Shown piece by piece: positions 13,787-23,500 of a DNA stretch of 24,187 bases (position 1 is the first letter of the stretch; each line of letters begins with the position of its first letter). The position numbers and the translations under genes are program-made. The notes under the pieces were generated by a model. That model did no database searches. It was not told where the DNA came from and was given only the letters and a program-made list of their open reading frames with translations. Location of the stretch: the IMG/VR virus record IMGVR_UViG_3300021091_000416, positions 1-24,187 of that record. One strand, given 5' to 3'. The DNA comes from a virus. Taxonomy: Duplodnaviria > Caudoviricetes.

Positions 13787-14623
13787 TTAAAAAGGAATGT
13801 TATCAGCATCAATCGTCTGACCATTTCCACCAGAAGAAGCGGCATCTTCGCTTTCCTGTTTGACCTTGACCTCACCCGCTCTGACGGACTTGGAGAAGGC
13901 TACAGCCATTTCAAAAAGAGAAGAGTCGTTTTCGTCAACTAAACTTAGAACACGCTCACGAGCGACTTCCCAACCAAACCACGAACCCTTATCATTGCGT
14001 TCTTCAACAGTAGAAAGCTTGTAGATATGAGACATCATCGGCATGATAAACATACGTCCATCTTTGCCCTTGCCCATTGTGGTTTGGATCTGTGTCAACC
14101 ACTTACGTGCTTTCTTCAATTGAGTAGAAGTCATTGTAATCAAGCAACGCTTGATATTGCCTTCAACGTCAACCATGAGGACGTAGAACTCAGCGGTATT
14201 TTCAAGAATGTTTCCGTTGGGAAGAACATCCTTTCCCTTTGCGTCCTTGAACGTCTTTTTACCAATCGGGTCTTCGGCATTATACGTGCCGACATAACCA
14301 CCCCCTTGTTCGCGTGGCCTCCACTCAACAAGAACGCGACGATAGTAACAAGGAATTACTGACACGCCTTCTTCGCCGTCATAGACGACGTTCTCTACCG
14401 TGTTGTAGATCATCCCTGCTTCTGCACCTTGAACGTATGCCCCATCACGCTTGTTCACCTGTGGTGACAACTGTGCGAGGATACGCAGATAAGGAATAGC
14501 TAAGTCCTGTGCGGACACACTTTCCAGACCCTCGTTAGCGAACGCCTCAAATCCTGAAATATCTGAGGCAGTGGCAAGTTCCGTTTTTTTGGTGGTGACG
14601 GGAACCACGTTTGATTTTGCCAT
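13787..14623 (-). CDS. Phage single-stranded DNA-binding-like protein
   Basis: Lies in the replication operon; conserved 'DLAIPYLRILAQLSPQV', 'NDKGSWFGW'; acidic C-terminus DADNIPF resembles the SSB tail DDDIPF. Confidence 0.65.
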   Translation of the reverse strand: MAKSNVVPVTTKKTELATASDISGFEAFANEGLESVSAQDLAIPYLRILAQLSPQVNKRDGAYVQGAEAGMIYNTVENVVYDGEEGVSVIPCYYRRVLVEWRPREQGGGYVGTYNAEDPIGKKTFKDAKGKDVLPNGNILENTAEFYVLMVDVEGNIKRCLITMTSTQLKKARKWLTQIQTTMGKGKDGRMFIMPMMSHIYKLSTVEERNDKGSWFGWEVARERVLSLVDENDSSLFEMAVAFSKSVRAGEVKVKQESEDAASSGGNGQTIDADNIPF

Positions 14624-14626
14624 TGG

Positions 14627-15181
14627 TCACTTCCTTTTGATCTTGGCTTGTTCACCGATGTAGACACCAAACAAATCAGAGGGTATCGGTGCTCCCCCTT
14701 CGACTTGTTCCTTTACGAAAGCTTTCAACGTCATGGGTTCGACCCATACTTTCTGTTGAGTTTCAAACCCTTCAGCCTGTAGTCTATCCATAAGCAATTG
14801 TGCTACCGTGTCTTCAGAACGCCCAAAGCTTACCGCGACTTGATTCTTAATAAGTGACTCGTGACCGTTGTCACGAAGCCAATCAAAAGCCTCTTCTTGT
14901 CGCGCTTTTGGAATGGACGCTGAATAGAATTTGGAAACGGCAATCTCACTGCCGTCATCCATTTTTACTTTAGCCATGCCATATTCTGCCATAGCCGATG
15001 GAAGTTGATTTTCAGCAACTTCCTTTAAGTTCTTTTTTGCATCTGCTAGTTCCTGTTCAAGGAAACTAACTCGTGCTTCAAAGGCAAGTTGTTGCCGAAC
15101 AAGAGAGGCAATTCTTGCCAACCCTTCTTCTTTAATATCCGTCAATTCTGACGCAAAGTCTTCAAAACTATCAGTCATCAC
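14627..15181 (-). CDS. Conserved phage replication-module protein (N-terminal coiled coil)
   Basis: LPSAMAEYG...AFDWLRDNGHESLIK...VEPMTLKAFVKEQ pattern typical of PolA-phage replication modules. Confidence 0.8.
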   Translation of the reverse strand: MMTDSFEDFASELTDIKEEGLARIASLVRQQLAFEARVSFLEQELADAKKNLKEVAENQLPSAMAEYGMAKVKMDDGSEIAVSKFYSASIPKARQEEAFDWLRDNGHESLIKNQVAVSFGRSEDTVAQLLMDRLQAEGFETQQKVWVEPMTLKAFVKEQVEGGAPIPSDLFGVYIGEQAKIKRK

Positions 15182-15506
15182 TTTCTGATCCTATTTCTAA
15201 TTTAATATCTAAAGGCAGATAAGCTTCTTCGTGCCTATCCCACTTTAAAAGTTTTACCTTACCGTTATTATTCAAGGCGGCAACCCCGAAACAAATACCA
15301 ATACAAGCGGGATCGCCCGAAAGGAGTAGGTAGTCGTCGTCATTGAAGTCTTTAAGAATCTCCTCGATCATCTCAATGATGATCTTTTTTTGTATTGGAT
15401 TTTCAATGACTTGCATTTCAGCCGGCAAAATAACTTTTAACACCCCATATTCTAAGGCATTGGAAATATTTCGCCCGCGCATTTCGTGAGTAATGTAAAC
15501 TGTCAT
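15171..15506 (-). CDS. Conserved phage hypothetical protein (DYLLLSGDP...LKWDR), 111 aa
   Basis: Start moved to ATG 15506, downstream of the promoter and of AAGGA. Confidence 0.75.
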   Translation of the reverse strand: MTVYITHEMRGRNISNALEYGVLKVILPAEMQVIENPIQKKIIIEMIEEILKDFNDDDYLLLSGDPACIGICFGVAALNNNGKVKLLKWDRHEEAYLPLDIKLEIGSESDD

Positions 15507-15508
15507 TC

Positions 15509-15537
15509 TTGCTTTCTTCCTTTCGAGTGCATAACAT
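15509..15537 (+). promoter_or_regulatory. Putative promoter for the SNF2 gene, overlapping the opposite promoter
   Basis: TTGCTT, N17, TAACAT; its -10 overlaps the minus-strand -10. Confidence 0.4.
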
Positions 15538-15560
15538 AGTCCATCAACCAGTCCTGTCAA
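15533..15560 (-). promoter_or_regulatory. sigma70-type promoter of the replication operon
   Basis: Minus strand TTGACA (15560-15555), N16, TATGTT (15538-15533). Confidence 0.65.
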
Positions 15561-15591
15561 GTGGACCGTAAACAGAGAAAGTTGAATTAAA

Positions 15592-17064
15592 ATGATTCCA
15601 TTTGTGACCAAATACGAATTTAAATTACCTCCCTACGAGCACCAAAAGAAAGGTCTCCAAATGTCTTGGAATAAAGACGTTTTTGCCCTTTTCTGCGAAA
15701 TGGGAACTGGTAAATCCAAGATGCTTATAGATAACATAGGAATACTATTTGAACGTGGAGAGATCGAGGCCGCTCTTATTGTCGCCCCCAAAGGGGTTTA
15801 TAAGAACTGGCAAAGGTCCGAAATCCTTCGTCACATGCCTGACCGCATACTTGAACAATGTGATATCACTGCCTGGGATTCAAAGCAAACCATTGAACAA
15901 AAAAAGAAATTACAGACGTCCTTGGAAAAAGATGGACGTCTGAAGATACTTGTAATGAATGTTGAAGCATTCTCATCTGCTCGTGGAACAGCGTTTGCAA
16001 TGAGATTTTGCGAGACACATCAATCACTTATGGCGGTTGACGAAAGCACCACAATTAAGAACCGCTCCGCCCAGAGAACAAAGAGCGTTACAAAAGTTGG
16101 GGAAAAGTCAAAGTATCGTAGGATTATGACGGGCTCTCCAATCACTAAGTCCCCCATGGACCTTTTCAGCCAATGCGCTTTTCTTGATCCTAAGCTGATC
16201 GGCTATTCTTCATTCTACGCTTTTCAGGGGCGATATGCCAAGACTGTTCGCAGAAGTGTTGGGAGTCACAGCTTTAATCAAGTGGTCGGTTATCAGCACC
16301 TTGAAGAACTCTCGGATAAACTGGAGCAGTTCACTTATCGCGTTTTGAAAAAAGACTGCCTTGATCTTCCTGAAAAGGTCTACATCAAGCGCGTCGTGGA
16401 AATGACCGACGAGCAGGCGGCGACTTATGGTTATATGAAACGTCTTGCCTTGGCTAAGTTGGTCAACGATGCCGGGGATCTATCCACCGTGACAGCAACC
16501 AATGTTCTGACACAGATCCTCCGCCTGCAACAGATCTGCTCCGGGCATGTCAACGACGACGAAGGTGTCATGACATCGCTGCCAACCAACAAGCTAGCAG
16601 AACTTTCTGCAACAATTGATGAGGTGGACGGTAAGGTAATTATCTGGGCTGTCTTCACTGAAGATATCAAGCGGATTGCGGCGGCCCTTAACGAAGAATA
16701 TGGCAAGGGGTCAGCGGCAATGTATTATGGCGAAACTCCGGCGGAAGAACGCCAGAACATTGTTGAAAAGTTTCAAGATCCGAGTTCCAAGCTCCGCTTC
16801 TTTGTAGGTCAACCACGCACCGGCGGATACGGTTTGACCCTGACTGAGGCTAAAACTGTTATATATTACAACAATGTCTATGACTTAGAAGTCAGACTTC
16901 AGTCCGAGGACCGAGCGCATCGCATCGGCCAAAAGAACTCGGTTACTTATATTGACCTTGTCACGGAGAACACGATTGAGGAGAAGATCCTCAAGGCTCT
17001 TCGTGAGAAAATTGACATAGCCACGCTTGTCATGCGTGAGGAGTATAAAGAGTGGCTTATGTAG
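15592..17064 (+). CDS. SNF2-family (SF2) helicase/ATPase
   Basis: YEHQ, EMGTGKS, LIVAPK, VDEST, MTGSP, LRLQQI, GGYGLTL, QSEDRAHRIGQ. Confidence 0.95.
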   Translation: MIPFVTKYEFKLPPYEHQKKGLQMSWNKDVFALFCEMGTGKSKMLIDNIGILFERGEIEAALIVAPKGVYKNWQRSEILRHMPDRILEQCDITAWDSKQTIEQKKKLQTSLEKDGRLKILVMNVEAFSSARGTAFAMRFCETHQSLMAVDESTTIKNRSAQRTKSVTKVGEKSKYRRIMTGSPITKSPMDLFSQCAFLDPKLIGYSSFYAFQGRYAKTVRRSVGSHSFNQVVGYQHLEELSDKLEQFTYRVLKKDCLDLPEKVYIKRVVEMTDEQAATYGYMKRLALAKLVNDAGDLSTVTATNVLTQILRLQQICSGHVNDDEGVMTSLPTNKLAELSATIDEVDGKVIIWAVFTEDIKRIAAALNEEYGKGSAAMYYGETPAEERQNIVEKFQDPSSKLRFFVGQPRTGGYGLTLTEAKTVIYYNNVYDLEVRLQSEDRAHRIGQKNSVTYIDLVTENTIEEKILKALREKIDIATLVMREEYKEWLM

Positions 17065-17569
17065 CCATTTCAAAAGCTTTTTCCTCAACGTCCTTGACGC
17101 GACGACCCCAGCCCTTTCCAAACACCCCCCATGTCGGAAGGGTTTGGAGGAAGGCTAGTCGTCTGTCACAGATGTCCGTCACAAGTTTACGAGGATTATA
17201 TGCTTCGGCTGCTGCTAGTGTTGCAGGGCCAATAATACCATCAATAGGAACTCCAAGAGTTGCCTGAAGAAACTTAGCGGAACGAACAACACCGCTATTA
17301 ACAGCAATATCAAAGCAGACGTAGTCAACACCTGCCAATAGACCATCTCCACGGATACGGTCCCAGTATCTTTTTTTGTAGAGCGGCTCGACATCTTCCA
17401 CCCCCAAGGCCTTCATGTCATCAATTGTAACAGAGTGACCGATCCACTCTTCCCAAACCTTCTTGGTGACGCCTTTGTTAGTAGCTCCACCCGGATCAGA
17501 GGGGTGGTTTACAAAGCCCCCTTCGTGTTGAAGAACAAGAGCTAAACAAGTTTTAAAGTTGTCCTTCAT
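17057..17569 (-). CDS. Endolysin, glycoside hydrolase family 108 with a peptidoglycan-binding domain
   Basis: HEGGFVNHPSDPGGATNKGVT, YKKRYW, FDIAVNSG, DGIIGPAT, FGKGWGRR. Confidence 0.93.
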   Translation of the reverse strand: MKDNFKTCLALVLQHEGGFVNHPSDPGGATNKGVTKKVWEEWIGHSVTIDDMKALGVEDVEPLYKKRYWDRIRGDGLLAGVDYVCFDIAVNSGVVRSAKFLQATLGVPIDGIIGPATLAAAEAYNPRKLVTDICDRRLAFLQTLPTWGVFGKGWGRRVKDVEEKAFEMAT

Positions 17570-20500
17570 GGGGCTTTTCGAATCTTTTCAGCAACAGCAC
17601 TGACACCAGCAACAGATTTTGCGTACTCAATGAGTTTGTCTGTATCATTTTTAATCTCTTCAGAAAGCTCTTTAATTTTTTTACGACGAGCTTCCGGTGT
17701 GAGGCTTTGATCGCGTGAGACCTGTGTCTGCAAAGCTTTTGTCCGTGTGATCTGGTTTTGCATGTAAAGCATGCTTAAGGCGGCTGACTTTTGTGCGTCA
17801 AGCGGTGTCACGTTTGCACCAAACAAACGAAGCATTGACTCCACCATTTCAGGCTTGGGAAGACCGCGCTTGTCCACACCCGTACCGTCAACAAACAAAG
17901 CGTTGTAGATTCGCGGCAATGCACCACCGCTGTGATCCATATTGTTAAGATCAATGTTAATTGCAGGCGGCATGGCTTGATTCCACACGTATGACAGCAT
18001 CGACAAGGCTTTCGCTTTTGGCGTGTCAAACTCGTTGTAGATCTTTTTTTGGGTAAAAGGATCTGTGCTTGTGGTCAGAGCCGCAATTGTTGTGATCAAA
18101 GGACCGCTTGGAAGAATAGGCTGAATCAGTTCTTTTGCACCCTTTTTGTATTCACCATACTTAAATGCAGTGACGAACGGGTCAACAACGCTTGAGAACG
18201 GGAAGAAACGACTGACGTCAATGTACTCAATATTTCCTTTACTGTCACGAATTGGAAGAAAATACAAAGATCCACTGTCACGAATGTAGTCAGCCATAGA
18301 CTTACGAAGCTTCTCAACTTCGTCTTCGTCAATATCAAACGTCGCCATTGTAGCCATAGGAATTGCATAAGCCATTGCAATATAAGGTATAAAACGCCAT
18401 GGCGTTTTAACCATTGTCTCAACAAGCTTGGGCAAAACCTTATAGTAATAGGTGATAAACGGAACACCGATAGGTGAGTTACGGGCATATCGAATATTTG
18501 GGTTTACCAAACTATAATCAAAGAGCGTGTCATGCGCCGCGTTTACGGCGTTAGACTTTTGACGTTCTGTTGGGTTTGGACCAGCCTTCTCAAGCTCATA
18601 AACGTAGTGCATAAACTTAAACAGGGTTTCAGAAAACTGGTAGGCATCTGTTGCGCCTTCAGCAACCGCGCTCATGATTGAACGAACGGACGCAAACATG
18701 CCAATCAAAGACGTATCTTTGCCAGACCTAAATTGATATGCTTTCAAACGTGTCAAAGCTGCCCTAAGCTCGGCAGCAGCACTAGTTGCGCCTGTCAAGC
18801 CAAAATCCTGAGCATCATTCCACTGATCACTGTTCTTTAATATACCTTCTAAGGCGACTCTAAATAACCGAGGAAACTGATGAAGAGGAACGCCACCAAA
18901 TAGATTAAGGGCAATCGCGTTTGAGATAGCGTTTGTTATCTGAGTTGGGGGGTTGAGTGTTGTCTTACCCAGCTTCCAAAGTTGCGTTCCTTTAACAAGA
19001 GCCGAGTTTTCGTCTCCAAAGAGACGTTCAACCATTGATTGATTTTCTTTTCCAATTGGGATAAACGTACCAACAAGATCGTCATAAATTGCTTTTTTAA
19101 CAACTGCACCAGCAAGTGGTCCATACCGCTCATGCGCCGGCATCTGCTTAAAACCCTCAAGCTCACTTGTTTTAATATTAGAATTAATTGACTCAATGCC
19201 TTCGTCGGCAATTTCCTTCATACTGAAAATTTCTTTTTCCATTATGTCGGCTTGACTTGGGTCTTGCTCGCGAAGTTCAGGAAGAACAAATTTACGCATT
19301 TCCTCAGCGCGATGGTTAAGGTCATACGGCGTCATTTTGTTGCCACGCCATTCAACGGTTGTCTGTGGAGCGATCCAACCGTTTTCTTCGCCAACAGCGT
19401 AGATGTTATTCAGGTACTTAATCATCGCCAAGTCACGAGCAGGGCGTGACAGTGCAACGTACACCAAAAATGCAGGGTCCTTGATCTCGCCAAGAATTGC
19501 ACGATCCTCTTCTGACAACTCGTCATTACGGGCTTTCAGATACTCCTGAACGCTCTTGCCGCCCATAGGCGTCTTCATGCCACGGCCAGTGAGTTCATAA
19601 TAGAGATAAAGGCGAGGCAGATATTGATCGTAGTATTTGTCAAAGCTTTCTTTTGTAAGCTGACCTTGTTCGATCATCTTATTAGCGAGGATATTGATTT
19701 CTTTCTTCGACTGCATGGCTGCATTACGAACTTTTTCGTTGCTGATCATGCTTGCGTCAGCGTTACGAGTTGTCATGTATTTATAGACAGCATCTCTGTC
19801 TGCTTGCGAAGCGCCGCCGATAATCTTCGACATCTTACGTGCAAACTGTTCTGACTTTGTAATCGTACCCATCGATACGTTACGAAGTTCAAAGAGTTCT
19901 TCGACGTTTTTGACAAGGGCAAACGGCTTGAAGAACTCACGGATTCCATCAAATAAATTACCAAAGCGATTTGAGTTTACTTCAGCCTCACGCTGTTGAC
20001 CTGTGGATGCAATGGCACGAGAGAACTCTTCCGAGGATGCCGTTCCGGGGGCAAACTCGTTGAAGACGCTTTTGATTTGCTTGGGATCGAAGACTGCAAG
20101 ATTCTTTGCTCCAAACTCTTTTATAAAAAAGCCGTCATATCCAAGATTGCGAAAGGCTTTTTGAATTTCTCTCAGTTCAATAATATCCCAATCCCCAGTC
20201 TTAAGACCTTCTTTGAAATACGCGCTCTTCCCAGCGGGACCCATTGCTTTCAGAACTTCTTTAACCTGTGCTTTGTTTTCAAAATCAAAAGGATTTTGAA
20301 CGCTCAGGAAGACGGGTATGCTGCGCTGGCCGTCTGGATATCCTATGTCACCCTGATTATTTATTACTTCGAGATTGAACCGATTTAAGAAACCAAGGCT
20401 TCGAGTAAAGAAAAACGGGCCTTTTTTGTCCTCAAAGCTTCCAGCTCTTGCTTTATCAAACTTGGTAAACTGTTCTTTTGTCGTGTGGAACCAACGTGCC

Positions 20501-23500
20501 GGAACAGCTTGTTCACGGCCCTCAAGTACCGAGCCGTCATAGACGACTCCAGACTTGCTATTACCCCACCACTTCTTGAACTCCTCTACGTTTTCGCCAG
20601 TTTGTGCTGCGGCACGAGAGAACTCCTCTTCAACTTCGGGACTTTCGTCCCCAACTTCGATAAGACGGCGTGGTTTAACCTTTTTTTCGCCGCGTTTAAT
20701 TCCATACTTTTCAAGCGTCTTCGTTCCACGGCGGAGTCTAGTAGAAGAATATTCCTGTTCCGGGGCAGACTTATCTTCTGTGACACGAGCAGCAGCCTGT
20801 GACACGCCTGCCTGACGTGTACCTGCGCTTGTTTCACGCATGACATCTTCAGCAGTTTGGAAACCTTGACCACGCAGGTAGTTGCCTGCGCGTGTCACGA
20901 AGTTGCGGAAGTAGTTTAAGAATCGTGTAAACGCTGCACCGAGGCTTGCAGGCTTTATAGCACCGCGACGAATAGAATTGTCAAGAGCGCCAAAGACATA
21001 AGCCTGCATTTCACGTTCACGTTGGTCCTGATCATAGCTATCAAGAACATCCTGGCCGACTTCCTTTTTAAGCCTGTCGTAGACACTTTGATTAGAATCG
21101 GGATCTCTTGTGTTCTTCAAACTGCGAAGAAGATTTGAGTCTATATCATCAAACGTCTTTGCACCCTTAAAGGCGTTTTTAATAACAGCAGCACCCGCCC
21201 TGTCATTCTCTGCAAACAAATCCTGCAAGACGTGAAAAGCTTCATGGGCCGCCGTCGAACGACCAAGGGTGAGGACCTTTGGATCAAGTGAAAGTTGAAT
21301 GAGACCGTTTATATTCTCACGAGGTTTTGTTCTGGAACCTACCGCTTCATACCCCTCACGACTTACAATCTTGTTAACAAAACTTATGTCATGAACGCCC
21401 TTGGTGTCACCAAGGAGGCTTGCAGAAATGTCAGCCAAAGCAAAGGCATGAGAAAGCTGGCTGGGGTCAAATTCGTTTGAAGCCATTGCTTCACGAACAC
21501 CCTTCGCAATCGCAACGCCTTGATCGCCACGCTTTTCAAGCTTTGAAAGACGGTCTTCTACAAGAGAACGAGCCTTTTGTACGTCTTCAAATTTTGGATA
21601 AACAGGCATCTTGGGCTTTTCTGCGATAGCAGGCTTGCCTTCTTTTTGTTTGCCAGCCCTAGAGAACTCAGTCTCAACTTCAGGGAAGTTACCGGTATTA
21701 AGAACGCGGCCCTTTGCCTTAGCCTTTTCAAGCTCTTTCTCTGTGCGTGCTGTCAGAGAAGGAGCAGATGGCCGAGGTCCAAGTTCCTCTTCCACAAGTC
21801 CGGGTTTAACCTTCCCAGTACCCATAGAATAGGGCTTCTGCTCACGGATAATCTCATCCATGAGAACCTTGCTAACACCCATTTCACGCAGTTCAGGGAT
21901 GGTTATGTCAGCATTCATGTCCTGACCAGTACGCTGACGGCGTAGCTGAATCATAGGGAGAAGATGCTTATCTTCCTCGCCTGCGAGTTCACGAAGGTTT
22001 TCCATCGTGACAGACTGAAATGGGGTCTTTGTTTCTCTTGCAGCCTTAGCCAGAGCTTCGGTTTCAATCTTACGACGCTTCGTGTCGTAATAGCTCAACA
22101 TATTACGATACTTCTCGTAATTGTTTTCGTCGTGAGCCCTACGCAAGCCCTCAAGCAATACGTTCGCGTCACGTTCGCTGTTAATGCCGTCAGCAATGAC
22201 GTTCTCGGAGCCACTTAAGATGCGGAAGCCGTTCGGACCTTGGTCAATTGACAGGTCTGTAAGAGGGGCACCCTCATCGATTGCAGCGTTATAAAACTCG
22301 CTGACACCGGCACGCGTAGGACGCTCTCCTTGAGGAGCAGGCAATGACCGAGGTCCTCCGCCAACAATGACACTTTCGGGATTAAGAAAAACCTCACCAA
22401 GCCGCTTAAAGATCTGCTCAAGCTTTTTGTCCTGAGAAATTCCTGAATCGAGAATCTCACCGAGTACGGGGACCCTATCACGATACTCTTCAGCAAGACG
22501 GAAGAACTCTTCAGGTCTTTTGTAATCCTGAATTGTCTTTAATGCTTCGATGAGAGCCCTGTCTTCACTCTCTGGATGAAGTGTTCTTGCACGAGGTCCC
22601 ACAGCAACATTAAGACCGCCACCGAGAATACCACCAGCAATACCGGCGAGTGTGGCAGCACCGGCAGCACCACGAGACGTCGGGACATCTTCGCCTTCCC
22701 GTTGCAAAGCAATGTTTGAAGCAATCTGTTCTTGTGCCTCTTGACCGGCTTCGGGGACTGCTTCCCTTACAAAGCCTTTTGTAAATCGAAGAGGAATTGT
22801 TTCGCCAGCCGCCTCTTCTAGGAGCTTTCCAGATTCCTTGGCAGCTATTACTTCTGCCGATTCCTTCGCGGCGTTTCCAAGTATTTTGGAAGCAAGAGAT
22901 TTGACAGCTATTCTTTCAACACCTGTCACGGATGCGCCGGCGCCAAACAAAGCGCCAAGAAGAATGTTGTCTAAGTTTTTACCGTCATAAGATTGCGCTT
23001 CCTGTGCAGCGGCGGCGGCCCTTTCATCAGAAAGACCATTGTCCTTAAGTGTTTGATATACATCACTATAGATTCTGTTTTTGATTGTGCCCGCGCCAGA
23101 GATCGCACCTACGCCAAGTCCTGTTGCAATTGTTGCGCCTGTCCCAATTGTTGCAGCGGTAGCCGCTGACGCACCAGCAGTGGTAGCAGCAACAGGAGCT
23201 GCAACAGAAGCAGCGAGAGTGGCAACAATAGTTGGTGCAGCGTACCCAAGAGCATTTGTAAGAAGATCGACGGGAGCCACGGATAAAGCTCTAATACCCG
23301 CTTTAACCTGATCAAGCATACCTTTGTCTTGAGCCTCTTGCATAATGCGAGAGACTTCAGCGGCATCTTTCTTTGATTGTGCTGACATAAGATCGGCAAG
23401 AAATGTGTCAGCAGAACTTAATGCTTTAGACGCTTCACTGTTTGCGCCAAAAGCATCAGAGATCATCTGAATGCCGCCAACAACCCCACGGCTAAAGGAC

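Noticed and set aside
8676-17064. Introns, inteins or homing endonucleases in the replication genes
   Set aside because: PolA, UvrD, primase and SNF2 are continuous, of ordinary length and have normally spaced motifs.
9005-23399. Numerous short antisense or alternate-frame ORFs within the large genes
   Set aside because: Shadow ORFs of well-supported genes, without motifs or RBS.
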